From NCBI GenBank assembly GCA_012295275.1, contig CM022666.1, forward strand, positions 7,006,001 to 7,070,000: a stretch of DNA of 64,000 nucleotides, written 5' to 3'. Every line of letters starts with the position of its first letter. Position 1 is the first letter of the stretch. Below the pieces are notes generated by a model. The model was not told the origin of the DNA. It saw nothing but the letters and a program-made list of their open reading frames with translations, and did not search any database. This DNA is from Chrysomallon squamiferum. Its lineage: Eukaryota; Animalia; Mollusca. A program made the translations under genes and the position numbers. Below, piece after piece: positions 1 to 14,791 of the stretch.

Positions 1-50
1 AAAAATTAAAAAAATAATTTTACTTATCATTTAATTTAAAAAAATTAATA

Positions 51-124
<74 letters not shown>

Positions 125-125
125 A
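51..125. repeat. (AAT)n/(GAT)n compound trinucleotide microsatellite
   Basis: Direct run of ata/aat followed by gat units. Confidence 0.9.
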
Positions 126-739
126 GTAATATTTAAGAAATTAATTCCAATGTTATATAAAAAAAAAAAAATTCTATAGTTACACAACTAACTTTATAGA
201 CTGACAAATCAATCTTGCTAATTACAAAAAAATAAAAATTACAAAAAAAAAATAAAAAACCATATCTGGGGTTAAATGGCTGACTTTATAGACTGTTCAT
301 ACTCGCTAATTCCCTGAAAACTGTTATCAGTGGAATGTTATCAGTGAACCTGAAGATGAGTGGAAGGGAGACTATTAAGAGGTGGGGGGGTCTAAGCTGC
401 GTCTGCTTCACACAGCTAACTTTTAAACACTTCCCTCGACTCGTTTGCACCACTAACATCAGAGTTATCTTTCCCTGAACTCTCTCACTCGTAAACTAAA
501 TGAAATGAAAAAAGAAACAGGATGAAAACAAATGCTGTGTTATGGTAACCTAAGTTAATTTCTTTCTATTTTTTTGTTTGCACCCAGCTGTTTTAATAGA
601 CAGAAGGTGTAGGAATCAAATAAATATTATAAATAAAAATGAAGGGTGGAGATAAGCAAACTCTGGACAAAAAAACTTTCTGGGAGATAGATAAATAAAT
701 ACATACATACATATGTACATACATACATAAATAAGCAAA

Positions 740-774
<35 letters not shown>

Positions 775-1194
775 ATACATACATACATAAACAAATAAAT
801 AAAATAAAATTTTACAAAAATTAAAAAGTCAAAAAAACTTCAAGTTTAAAAACTTGACACCAGAAAGAAAATAGGTTATTAAATTAATAACGCAAGTTTC
901 TGATTATTTGTCTTGGTCTGTCTGTCTACAATGTAATCTGTGTAATTTATTACATTCTTCACACACACACACATACACACATTCACTCTGCACAGGATAT
1001 TCACTAACACAAATGTACGGACATAATATGCAGACACAAATGAACATACACATGTCATTGCTCAAAACAGAGGGCTGGTTAGAACTGGAAATGTTGCAAA
1101 GATAACTAAAATACGAGTTTTTGTACAGAAATCACTGATCATTGACTGCCATGGACAACAGTCACAAAGGAACAAAATTAGTTCTAGGTTATTG

Positions 1195-2460
1195 TGTGAT
1201 ATGGTGTGAGTGGTGTGGTGTGGAGTCTGGTATGGTATGGTTAGATATGTGGTGTGTGGTGTGTGGTGGTGTGTGTGTGGTGTGGTGTGGTGTGGTGTGG
1301 TGTGGTGTGGAGTGTGGTGTGATGTGGTGTGAGTGGTGTAGTGTGGTGTGGTGTGGTGTGGTTGTGGTGTGTGGGGTGGTGTGGTATGGTGTGTGTGTGT
1401 GTGTGTGTGTGGTGGGGTGTGGGGGTGTGGTGTGTGTGTGTGGTGGTGGGTGTGGTGTGTGTGTGTGGTATGGTGTGGTGTGTGGTATGGTATGGTGTGT
1501 GTGTGGTGTGGTGTGGTGTGTGGTGTGGTGTGGTGTGGTGGTGTGTGTGTGATGTGTGTGGTGTGATATGGTGTGGTGTGTGGTGTGTGTGGTGATGTGT
1601 GATGTGTGAGGTGTGTGTGGTGGTGTGTGTGGTGTGGTGTGTGTGGTGTGGTGTGGTGTGGTGTGTGTGTGGTGTGGTGTGGTGTGGTCTGGTGTGGTGT
1701 GTGTGGTGTGGTGTGGTGTGGTGTGGTGTGTGTGTGGTGTGGTGTTGTGTGTGTGTGTGTGTGTGGTGTGGTGTTTGGTGTGTGTGTGATGGTGTGTGGT
1801 GTGGTGTTGGTATGTGGTGTTTGTGTGTGGTGTGGTGTGGTGGTGGTGGTGTGGTGTGATGTGGTGTGTGTGTGTGTGGGTGTGGTGGTGTGTGTGATGT
1901 GGTGTGTGTGTGGTGGTGTGGTGTGTGTGTGGTGTGTGGTGTGGTGTGGTGTGTGTGTGTGTGTGTGGTGTGGTGTGGTGTGGTGTGGTGTGTGGTGTGT
2001 GGTGTGTGGGTGTGTGTGTGTGGTGTGTGGTGTGGTGTGGTGTGGTGTGTGTGTGGTGTGGTGTGTGTGGTGTGGTGTGTGTGTGGTGTGGTGTGTGTGT
2101 GTGTGGTGTGTGTGGTGTGGTGTGGTGTGTGGTGTGGTGTGTGTGTGGTGGTGTGGTGGTGTGTGTGTGTATGGTGTGTGGTGGTGTGATGTAGTGTGTG
2201 GTGGTGTGGTGTGTGGGTGGTGTGTGCTGTGTGTGAGTGGTTTGGTGTGATGTGGTGTGGTGGTATGGTGTGATGTGTGGTGGTGTGGTATGTGGTGTGG
2301 TGTGGTGTGATGTGGTGTATGGTGTGTGGTGTGGTGTGCTGTAGTGTGGTGTGTGTGTGTTTGTGGTCTGAGGTGTTTGGTGGTATGTGGTGTTTAGGGT
2401 GGTGTGGTGTGTGGTGTGGTATGTGGTGCATTGTGTGTGTGTGTGTGTGTGTATGTGTGC
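1195..2460. repeat. ~1.26-kb complex (GT)n/(GTGTG)n/(GGT)n low-complexity satellite
   Basis: Almost pure G/T on the + strand, with mixed 2-, 3- and 5-bp units. It produces the spurious Val/Cys/Trp- and His/Thr-rich ORFs. Confidence 0.95.
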
Positions 2461-4988
2461 TGCTGCTGCCTTCTAACCAGCTGTATGAAGACAAATCAAA
2501 TATTTTATTTGTAAACAGCTCAGATTTGCATTATCCAACTTCCCAACTTCACCTGAACAATTAACCTTGGCTTTGATATATGGTTTATGAATTATTACCA
2601 GAAATAAAAAACAAATAAATGAATGAACTGATGGATGGATCAATGGAAGAATGAATGGATGGCTGGATAAATGAATGTATAAATAAAAGAATAAAAGAAA
2701 AAAAAGAAGAAAACATTGATTAATGAGGCAACAGCTCATAACTGCCTTATCACTAAGGAGTCAAACAGAAGTAAATACGTGAAGAAGTAAAACAAATAAA
2801 TAAGAAACCTCTGCAGCAGCTAAAGGGTTAACCATTGTAAACAACGCGAGTGTTTACTAGTGTAAGTAAAGACATGGTATAGCTCTAGCAGGCAAAACTG
2901 GACAAGGTCTCTTAGAAATGATGTTTTTATCATTTACCCCTGTTAAGTGTTCTAACAATCACTAGCTGTAGATCTCCCTTCTTAAAGCACTCGTCTGTGG
3001 TCTGACAGGTCACTGGATCAAATCTCTGTACAGCCATCCAGTTAATTTTCATTCTACCAGACAAAGAAATACTTGTTTTCAAATAGGATGCAATGTGTTT
3101 TTCTGTTTAAAACAGCCCTCAATGCTATATATGAAAACAACTCCAGCTAGTTAGCTAATAAAAGATGGATATAAAAGACTGCTAACTGCTGGTAAGAGAC
3201 AAAACAGGATTGTTATAAAGACAAAGATGTGTGGAGAAGACTACTTTTTTTAATGATAAAACATAAACAAATTTCCTTTAACAGACATTTATTAAATATA
3301 AAATAATAATAATAATAATAATATTTGGTGCTACTAAAATATATATATATATAAGATGAAAGTGTATCAAGTTTCCTTTAAAGGGTGTTATAAAAGACTG
3401 TATAACATTACAACAACAATAATATTACTTATAATAAGTAATTTCAGTTTTATATAAAGGACTGTAAACACAATTTTCCTATATGATTCATAAAAAAAAA
3501 ACTTTGTTGATAACAGAAACAATTTTCCTTTACACAGAAAACATCAGCAATTCAAAATGAAAATTAATCACCATCTAGAAATAATTTCTCTAAACAAACA
3601 AACTGTTCTAAAGGTCTCACTGCTGCTGAATATTAGTAGCAAAATGAGCAAGTCTAAAGAGGCAGATGGAAGAATATTTCTGTTTACAGAAAATAATAGC
3701 CACAAATCATACACAATGCTATTGAGCCATTTTATCTTCACAACACACACAGATTCCAGTACACTAAATATAATAACATGTGACCGCATTCCACGCAAGG
3801 TATTGTAAGTTACACAGTAGGACCACCAGTGTGTTTTTGAGCTACATGCACATATTTTGGGTAATTTTCACAACAGTTGAATTATTTTTGTGATATCTGC
3901 CAGCTTTGTAAAGCTGAACTCTAGACAATTTTAATTTCTTATGTGCAAAATATTTCAAAAAAAAAAAAAAAAAAAATTATACAAGAAAAAAAAAAAAAAG
4001 TCTACTTTAAGCATCACTGGGTAACTTTAAAAGAATTTGAGTCACTTGAGGGCAATGAAATGTTTATTGTTTTTAAGGCTTTATTTGGAATTTTCTGACT
4101 GAACAAATATCTAGAAATGTAAATAAATAATTCATTTATATTAGAAAGCAGCAGATCATATTTTCCTTATATTTCAGATGGAATAAATCAATGGACTAAT
4201 GAGATTTTGGTCTATATTTAATTTTAAAGCTTATAAGAATAGATACAGCTTTGTTATTTACAGTTTACTGTTACAACAATTAACAAAGTTCAATAAAATG
4301 TGTACACTTGACATAAATATTTATTTGCAATCTTTCTCTTTATCTTTCAGTCTCCTTTCTGTCTCTCTCTCTCTCTCTCTCTCTCCATCTCTCCCTCCAT
4401 CTCTCCCTCCATCTCTCCCTCCCTCTCCCTCCTCCCTCTCCCTCTCCCTCCCTCATGTCCACCTATCTCACAAAAACTTACAGCTCACACAAATATTAAC
4501 TTATACTGAGTTTGATAACTTATCATTTTTTTTTCTTCTTTACAACAGTATCACTGTATCCATTCATTCATTCGCAAGTTATTCATGTACCAGCACTCAA
4601 GTACCAGCTCTATCTCTGCATGTAAAAGATTTTTTTATTTTTTTTTTTTGTTTTTAAAAATACTGACATGTTAATCTTGCTCTGAGACAACACAGGCACC
4701 TCTCACAACAAATACCTCGGAGATCATCTTTCTTACATGTAGCTGAAGTGTACAGGTCACTATCCTTGAAATCTGTTATCAATACAAAGTATAGTTTATA
4801 TGTATCTATCTAACATATGTCACATTGTTCAATAATATAGTTTTTCTAACACCTCTTCTACTGTATTGAATGCATCAAGAATTTTACAATAACAGGCTTT
4901 CACATACATGGACATGCCTGTTTATATGTGCATGCATGCAAATGCACACACTCACACACACCCACACACACACACACACACACACACA

Positions 4989-5113
4989 AAGAACTTCATG
5001 CATACAATATGACAGTAATGTATCTTTATATTTTTAGTTCATGGATGTGTTCACATCTGATTGGCATATGTACACATACATGTTGATAGATGGATATGTG
5101 CATCTCTCTGTCT
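4989..5113 (-). repeat. 125-bp dispersed repeat, copy 1 (inverted relative to 10242-10366)
   Basis: Reverse complement aligns without gaps to 10242-10366 with about 6 mismatches by eye. Both copies are bracketed by (CA)/(GT)/(GA) microsatellites. Confidence 0.9.
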
Positions 5114-7978
5114 GTCTGTCTGTGTGTGTCTGTCTGTGTGTGTGTGTGTGTGTGTAAATGGTTAGATATTTATGTGTACATAGATGGCTGTTTATACAAG
5201 TAGATGGAGGTGGGTACATATTTGTGTTATATTAGAAAGATGATTAGTGATAAATATACAAGATACACTTGTATATATGTGAAGGAATCTTGTGCAAATA
5301 AAAATTCTCAGGAGAGGTTAATTCAGTTGGTGCCCATACTGGGATGGGAGTGCCTGTATGTCTAAAGAAGCAATCTCTTTTTTTTTTCTTTTTTTTTCTT
5401 CCCCCACTCCCCCCCTGTATCTGCGCTGTCTGTAATCTACAGCTGATTACCGAGTGTGACCAGAGAGTGAGGATTCCACCAGCTTCCCACATCAGTCACG
5501 AATAATTCATGACCAGCAGACTTGTCACCAGCATCGTCTCAGTGGGTTTCTAATGCATGTTATCAACATCGTCCCACACACAGCATGTCTGGCTGTTGTT
5601 TTTAAACATGTTAATTGGGAGTGTTAACCCTTTTTGTAACAGATACTGACGTTTTCAAGCAAACACAGCAATCTTTAGCAACATGTCAGCTTATTTTTTG
5701 TTTTATTTTTTATTATAATTATATTTATTTATTTATTTTTTTAAACTTTTTGCTACCAATATCAACACTGACAAACGCACACCATGTTTGCAACTTGCCT
5801 GTCTTATAAAAAGAAATATAAAAAAATAATTACATTTTGAAAAACATTGTCAAAAACATGTCATTTGCACAACATGCCTGTTTAAATTTTTAAAAACTTT
5901 TTATAATTATTATTTCTTAATCCTTTCTGGTATTGATATCAGTATTTTCATACAGACACCATCACTGCAACAAGCTTGTATCTTTACTATATATATAATT
6001 TTTTTAACTAGTCTATTAATTCTTTCTGTTACTGTTATTAATATTGTCAAACACACAAACATCTTTGTATCAAGAAATTTAAAAAAAAAATTAATTTAAC
6101 ATTATTATATTATTAAACAGCCAAACACAGAGGGTGAAATTGCAATATGTTAATGTGTGATTGGTCAAATGTGTTCAGAATGCCAGTCTGGTTTATGTCA
6201 TTTGTATTCTTATTGAAGTTAAACTTCTGTGAATGTCTGAAGAGTAATTAGGGTGGTAAAACTATAGCCAGCATTTCTTGGAGATTGAGAGAGGACAAAA
6301 AGAAAAAGAAGAAAAAAAATATTAAAGATATAAATTATAACTGGTAACTAATCTGGAACTAATGGTTGATAATCTTGAAGGAAATACTTTGGCCAAACGA
6401 AATCCAGGCCTTCTAAACAATTCAGTTTGAAAGTTTGTTACTGTTTTATCAAGTACCTTTAATGAACAAAATTATAAATATCAGCTTTCATAATTTTGTT
6501 ATTTTTAATTTATTTAAATATATATATATTTTTTTTTTAAACTACCAATTATAAAATCAGATATTTAAAATTTATGAAATGGATGATACATGTTTCTGTG
6601 CTATCTTTTTAACATGTAACATTCATAAGGCTTCATTTCATTAAGGGGATATCAACAAGTTACAAAATGTTTGCCTGCAGAAAAGAATAAGTTTTTATTT
6701 ATTTTAATTTTTTTTATAATATTCATTATTAATATAAAAATGTTTGTAGTTTAAAAAATATTTAATTTTTTTTTTTTTAAATTTTTATTAATATTTTTCA
6801 AAACCACAAAATGGAACAGAACATCTAACAAAAAAAAAAAAAAAATTTCATTCATTTTCTTATGGAGAATTATTTTTTATTACTGTTTATTAATTTACAG
6901 TTTATGTCTTATATTTAACTTATTAAATGTTTGAATGTGTTGTTGCACTAATTATACATCTTTCTAACACATAAGGTTTATATTTGAGCCAAGTATTTTT
7001 TTAATTGCTGTCAGTTAACAAATGAAACAGGCAATTACTTAGAGGTGCTTAAAGTACATTACAGCAACGTTTGATATTTATGTGCTAGTGCATGGGTGAG
7101 TATGTGTGTGTGAGAGAGAGAGAGTTCAATTGAGAAATTATATTTTCATCCATAAACCAAATAACTAAATTTAGGGCTTAGTATTCTGAAGTGTTTAATT
7201 TAATTTAATTAATGTTATAAATCACACATTAAAACATGTTTTATGGAAAAACTAAATGATATGTAATATCTGTTTTTAATTTTTTTTTAATAATACGTAA
7301 TATCTGAACTCTACTGAAACTTTGTTTAAAATGTTAAATGTACAAATTAAATTTATGAAATATCTATTTATATCACTATGCCATCTAAATTGTGTGCAAC
7401 TGATAAAAAAAAAAATCCATGTTTGAAAACATATTTAATTTATAAGCTGAACGTTACACACTGTCTATTTTTGATATTTAGGAGTGTACACTTTATAAAT
7501 CTTCTTTACATTTCATGTTAGAAAAGTCATTTATTTCGCAAGCCAAATGATCCACCATGTGTAAATTTAATACTTCACAATCTCTATCCTCCACACATGT
7601 TAACTGAATTCCATGTTAAAAAATGGGTTTCATTTATAAACTAAGCGATATGAGTTTATCTATTTTTGATATTTCGTATTGTAAAGTATACCTAGAGCAT
7701 GTGATAATACACTGTTCAAAAAGCATGTATCTTAGTTAAATGAACATATACGTATAGATTTACAGGTTGTTTTTATTTATGTATTTTTTCCTGTCAGTTT
7801 TTAGTTTCAAAGCATTACTTCACATTAAGATAGCAATATTTTTAAAAAAAGAAGGAAGATATTGGAATTTTTACATATGCATGAACAACAAATTAGACAG
7901 AAAAAAAAAGAACAGAAAAGAAATAAATACAAATTTTAAATTGTTAAATAAATAAACTGATTAATTAATTAATTAATA

Positions 7979-8015
<37 letters not shown>

Positions 8016-8522
8016 TAAATAATAATAAATAAATAATAATAAAAAATAAATAAATAAATAAATAAATAAAAATAAAATAAAATAAAATAAAATAAAATAA
8101 AATAAAATAAAATAAAACACCAATACAAATCCACTTCAGAACCCATTAACAAAGAAATTCCATCAAATACTAACACAAATTAACTGTTAAATTAATGAAG
8201 AGCAATAATATTTTATTTAAAAAACTCCTGTGAAATCTATGAAAACAGCAAAGTCAGTGATAGGGTCTCCGAGGGAATATCTTTTTCTGAGATAGGATCA
8301 TCTTTTTCTGGGCTCTCGTTTATTTTATGTAGCTGTCCCCTAGGAAATATGCTTGTGTAGAAAAAGATACATTATCCCGAACTCTGCTGATTGTATTTCC
8401 CAGCTAACAGGTTTCAAAAAGGCATTTTTCTCACTTACAGCCTTTTAATTTAGAGTTAGGTGTATAACCAGTCTGAATGGAATACAGAGCTGCTGATACG
8501 GAAACACACACACACACACACA

Positions 8523-8578
<56 letters not shown>

Positions 8579-10125
8579 TTGTAACATTTTACAAATCTGA
8601 ACAATGTATTTACATGACTGAAAGAAAAAAAATGAATGAATGAACTAGCATCCATACTTTACTAATAACAAAGTTTAAAACTATCTGGGTGGCACCATGT
8701 ATCTCTAGTTGTGATAGATTTATCTGCTCTTAAAATTCCTGCTACTCATGAAGTGGTTAAGATGGTCTGATATGAATGCTTTGTTTAATTATTATTGTTA
8801 TATTTTGTTATATGACAGGTTTCTTAAAACAAATAAAATAATAACTTGGAAGTATGTAATTTTTGTTAAGCTGTTTATTTATATTACAAAGGTATGTTTT
8901 GTATAAAAAAAAAAAAAAAAAAGAAGTTTATTCATTCTTGCCATGGTTCAGTTATCACAAAGTTTATCCCTGCTCGCCATTTTCTGTTTTTAATCTTTCA
9001 GTTGTTGACACCAAATAAAAATTTAATTAAATTAAACCTTAGCTTTTATAGCAGCCATTTAAGTATGAAAAAAAAATAATAGTAATAAAAATTTGAAAAA
9101 GATAAGAAATAAAAAAAATATATATAGAAATAAAAAATTGCTACATAAGCTCAATTTATTATTTTTTCATCAAAGAGCTTTTTATTTGCAATTATTAAGA
9201 GACATGTTAATGATTAAGAAGTAAAAAAAAATAATTAAAAATGTAAGAAAAAATAAAAAAAATAATTAGAAATGGTTTAAAATTAACTTACTTAGAATTA
9301 AACAGACACTGTCAGTTGAAAATTATCAAAAGATTTTGGTACTAATAGCGGTTGAAGCAGTTGTAGTAGTAATAGCAGTAGTGGTAGTGGAAGCAGCTGT
9401 AGCAGTAGTAACTAACAGTATTAATAAGTTACTTAAGAATGAGATAAGTATGAGATAACTAACACTGACATCACTTCACTTAACAGAGGAAACTCTCATT
9501 CACTTTAAACTAACATGACAGACTGACAGGCACACAAATGACAGCTGCTGTACATAAGAAAATAAAAAAAAATAAAAAAAGATAACATTAATGGTAAACT
9601 GTACTAAAAAAACAGACAAACAAGATATAAGAATTTGGCAAGCAAATTTCCGACATCGTCCCTTTAAAGTTTGTTTTTAAAAGCCTCATCCATCCAAGAT
9701 ACTTCATTTATCTAACATGGTCCTCACAAACCACTCCAGAACACCCTGACTAGAGTGCTGTTTATTATTTTTATTTATAGCAAGTTGAGAGAAAAACTAA
9801 GAAGGTGATGAAGAAGGGTGAAGCGCTGCAAAGTTTATTTTTCTCATGTGAATGAAATAATATTAGTTTACTGATAAATTAACGCTATTTTTTTATAATT
9901 ATTATCATCAGTTATTTATGTGAAAGAATGATGTAGAATATGGTACTTCCACATGAGTTATGCTTTTAAGTTTATGAGAAAGAGATATTTTGTTATAGAA
10001 TAGCAGCAAGCAGTATTTTAAGGGTCATCTACATTTTTCTTACCAACTTACATTATGTTCATTACTTACAGAGATAATATGTGAGTCTGTATTTATTTCT
10101 ATTGGCCTGTCTGCCTGTTAGTCTC

Positions 10126-10232
<107 letters not shown>

Positions 10233-10241
10233 AACACAGAG

Positions 10242-10366
10242 AGACAGAGAGATGCACATATCCATCTACCATCATGTATGTGTACATATGCCAATCAGAC
10301 GTGAACACATCCATGAACTAAAAATACTAAGATACATTACTGTCATATTGTATGCACGAAGTTCTT
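10242..10366 (+). repeat. 125-bp dispersed repeat, copy 2
   Basis: agacagagagatgcacatatccatc...gcacgaagttctt is the reverse complement of 4989-5113. Confidence 0.9.
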
Positions 10367-10757
10367 GCGTGCGTGTGTGTGTGTGTGTGTGTGTTTCTCT
10401 CTGTTAACCAATTCTGTGGACTTGTTTTTCACATGTACATGTTAACTTTCACTGTCAGATAGATGATCTAGTAACATGGTGTCTAGTATCAGCTGATTGT
10501 GTCACAGGGGATTTTAACAGAGATAAGATTAACTCGAGAAACAGAGAGATGTTTATTAAGCATTTATTACTATCAAGGTCAGCCAATGAATTTTCTCTTA
10601 AATTTTTCTGAAAATACTGATTTACTTATTTATTTAATTATCATTATTTTTATTCAAATGATAAAAAAAAATTAAAATATTTAGGGCTTCTATATATATT
10701 AAAAGAGCAAAATTTGAATCCTGCAAATTACAAAAATAATAAAATAAAATAAATGAA

Positions 10758-10788
<31 letters not shown>

Positions 10789-11381
10789 ATCCAGAGCAAA
10801 AACCCATGATTAATTTCAACTGCATCTCTACAAATAATACCAAGTTTTCAAACCAGAAATTTAAGTCTAGCCAGACAATTACGTATTTTTAGTCACTACT
10901 GTACACGTATCAAAACAAAATTAATATGAATCTGTTGTGTATGAATATAACACGATTATGTCAGACACAAGACACAGTGATTCCATGGAGAATGGTTCTA
11001 ACCAGGAAGTTAATTTGTTATCTTGTTAGAAATAATTCGTTTTAGCTTCAGGGATGAAGACGTCTTCATCGTTGTGTCAAATTGTTAAATTCTTACTTCC
11101 GTAACTAACACCATGTGGACTAGTTTGTTTATACCCTATTCTTAATTAATTAATTTATTTATTTATTTTATTTGGTTCTTTATTGTTATTTTTTTCTTTA
11201 ACAACAATAACAATGACAATAATAATAATAATAATATTATTATTTATTTATTTATTTGTTTATTTATTTCTTTAGTTATTTATTTATTTACAACCACCAG
11301 TACAGGAGCTATAATTTGTATAATCACAAAAATACCACAATTAAAACAGTTTTCTTCATCTTGTGCTAATGACAACAATTA

Positions 11382-11880
11382 ATCCTGTAACAAATCACAC
11401 CCCAATCAACCACTCAACCACTGTGTTACAGCTTTCTCCACTGTCACTACAACTGGCACCACTGACCAGAATTGATCCTGTAACAAATCACACCCCAATC
11501 AACCACTCAACCACTGTGTTACAGCTTTCTCCAGTGTTACTACAACTGGCACCACTGACCAGAATTGATCCTGTAACAAATTAATCAAACGCTAATATAA
11601 ATACTCCACCATCATGCTACAGCTTTATCCATTATTAATACGACTTGTGCCACCGATAGGAAACTGAATCCTGTAACATATCAGTCACATACCAACCTAT
11701 TACAGTTTGTACCCCTGACAAGAACAGAACCTGTGCCCTATTACACCTAAACCTACTAACATTTTAAACCGTTATCCACAGCTTGCTCCTGTATTACCAA
11801 ACTTATGCCGCCAACAAGAACTGATCCACTGACCTATCAGGAGATTACCACTGATCTACAACTTGTCCTGATTACCAACC
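11382..11880. repeat. 93-bp tandem repeat (2 near-perfect copies plus decayed copies)
   Basis: atcctgtaacaaat starts at 11382, 11475 and 11568 (period 93). Degenerate relatives (cagctt, acaactt/g, gaactgatcc) continue to about 11880. Confidence 0.85.
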
Positions 11881-12175
11881 ACAGTGTGTGTGAGAACTTC
11901 CTCTAACTAATTACCACTGTCTGTCTGTCTGTAACTGGCTGTTAATGAAGGCAAGCAATCAGTAGTAAAGTTCACCAAGGTGCAAATTGCTTACATGTTA
12001 AATTTGTGTAAATCATGCAGTTAAGAGGAAATCGTAGTGTATTTAGTTATATATATAGATATATATAGCCAGATGTATCTAGGGTAATGAAGTACAAATG
12101 TAATATCAGTGAGAGAGGATATTCTTTTTATAATCTGTGTTAGTTAATTCATTTATCAATACTTTATATATATAT

Positions 12176-12235
12176 ACACTACACTACACTACACTACACT
12201 ACACTACACTACACTACACTACACTACACTACACT
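12176..12235. repeat. (ACACT)n pentanucleotide microsatellite
   Basis: About 12 perfect acact units. Confidence 0.95.
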
Positions 12236-12313
12236 AGACACACACACACACAAAGTGCAATTAAATATATTTACACAATTATTAATTCACTTTTTTCATT
12301 TTGTTTCACTCAG

Positions 12314-12369
<56 letters not shown>

Positions 12370-12381
12370 ATCCCAGTACAA

Positions 12382-12486
12382 GAGATTTCTTTATCACTGT
12401 TTTACTATACATTACAATCTCTTTTCTCTCCCGCGAGATTTCTTTATCACTGTTTTACTATACATTCAATCTCTTTTCTCTCCCGC
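12382..12486. repeat. ~52-bp direct tandem duplication
   Basis: gagatttctttatcactgttttactatacatt(a)caatctcttttctctcccgc occurs twice in tandem. Confidence 0.85.
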
Positions 12487-12870
12487 TCCATTCCTTATCA
12501 CCCCATCGCACCCTCTCACCCACCTATCCCACTTCTTTTGCTTCCCCCCCTCTCTCTAATCTTTCTAATTAATAACTGTAAACCTGAAATTAGAAAATAA
12601 AACATTGCCACGTCACCTCAACGTTCATTTATCAGCAGAAGTCCAACAGCAAGACAAACACAGTGACAGTATTTGCAGAATTTCCAATCTGACCAGTCTA
12701 CATTTTGTGTGAACGACACACACTCAGTGCTCAATTATTAATGTTCACCGTCTTTTAGTTTTATTAATCTTGTGAGGAAATGAGAAAAGAATTTCCACAG
12801 GTAATGTAATTACATAAAAATATGAAATTGTGAGTGAGTGAGTGAGTGAGTGAGTGAGTGAGTGAGAGAG

Positions 12871-12914
<44 letters not shown>

Positions 12915-14103
12915 AACAGTTATTACTGTTTTGGATGCTGATTGTGTTATCTGATTTCTTTGAATGTTAAAACTGAAATAATGTTGACAGACTCATGGAA
13001 AACTACACACACACATTTGTGTGTACACACGTTTTCACACACACACACACACACACACACACCCTATTATAGTATGATTTAAAGCCAATGTAATTGACAA
13101 AATGGAATTAAAAAAAACACCAACAACCAAAACAGCAGTGGTAATTATTCTAAAGAAAATCAACTTGGAAAATCGGTACTCAGATTAAATTTAATTGGTT
13201 AAAACAAACATTAAGTGTGTGCCAAAAACACAGTGATTTGCTTCTACGGTGTCTTTTTTTTTTTTTAAATTTGTTTGTTTTCGTGACGTTTAAAGGAATT
13301 TGTTTTTTTTTAAAAACAACATACCTTAACTGCCTTAAGAGTCAGTCAGAAAGAATTGAGACCAATCGGGAACATTTTTGTACCAAGAGCCTGCAGTTTT
13401 AAATTGAATAAAAGTGTCTGAGGTAATTGAATTTGGTTCTTTATCGTCATTTTATCTGTGAAAGGTATCGAAGCCACCGATGTAAATAACACTAAAACCA
13501 ACTCAAATTGAATAACTGAAGATATCGAAAATGCAGCGAGAGATGTTTTCAGGTTCAAAAGTCTACTTCAGGTCTACAGTCATTGCAAGAAAGAAAGAAA
13601 AAAACAAAACAATGTTCTATGTATTGTGGAGAGAGGGTTAGAGAGAGAGAGAGAGAAGGAAGAATGAAGGTCAGAAAATGAGAGAACAAATGATATGAGA
13701 TGAGGAAGAAACAAGAAAAAGCGATAGAAAAAAAAAAGATAGATAAAAGAAAGAGAAATTTTTTTTTTTAAAAAAGGATTTTTTTGTGGGTTAAGTGTTG
13801 ATTATATTTCACTCCTGAAATACTATCACTTGTATGTATTCAATACTGTATAATCCAAAAACCCTTCTAAACCACAACTTTTAACTATCCATTTTTTTTT
13901 TTACTCATCTTCCCCTTCTCTATCTCCTTCCCCTCTCTGTCTTCCTTCCTTTTCTCTGCATCTTCTCCTCCACATTTCTTTTAGTCAAAGAGCAATAAAC
14001 CTTTCCCCACACTACACTGGTCTGACACATAAACTTGCTGTACAAGACAGGAGATCCAAATTTATCTAACGTTTAAAACCATGGACCAGACATATTGATG
14101 ACA

Positions 14104-14126
14104 GAGAGAGAGATTGAGAGAGAGAG

Positions 14127-14213
<87 letters not shown>
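14104..14213. repeat. (AG)n microsatellite
   Basis: Long ag run. Similar runs at about 18762-18813, 39551-39680, 39905-40017, 58143-58200 and 63267-63369. Confidence 0.95.
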
Positions 14214-14217
<4 letters not shown>

Positions 14218-14737
14218 ATCAATATCAGTGTTTGTGTATGTGTATGTAGTGGGTGTATGTGTGATGGTCTTTGTCTGTGATGGGGAGATCTGATAAAGAG
14301 ATGTATCTGGGATGTGTATCTCTGCTAATTGAGTTGTCAGTGATCCACTTGACAGGAAAACCTACTCTCCTTGTTTTAATGTTCACTCTGAACTCTAAAT
14401 TCTTCAACTTCTGCTTTCTTCATCTTCTGTTGTTTGTTTTTTTTCCTGTATTTTTAAATGTTTTGTATTGTACTGCATTGCTGTAAATGTCGTGAAAGAA
14501 TAGTTTGAATTTTTTCTTATCTTTTGCATTAGGGGAAATTATTGTAATTGATTGGTTGGTTGGAAGGATGGATGGATGGATGGATGGATGGATGGAGATA
14601 AACATAAAAATATTTTTTTTTACTAATAATGTATCAAAAAGAAAAAATAAACAATATCTGTGTACTAACTTTTTAGACATATCCTTTTTCTATTTTATTC
14701 ATTCTTTTTCTTTCCCTCTATCCTCTATTTCCTTTCA

Positions 14738-14791
<54 letters not shown>

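Noticed and set aside
1142-2564. His/Thr-rich 417-aa ORF and Cys/Val/Trp-rich ORFs
   Set aside because: They are translations of a G/T satellite that lacks stop codons.
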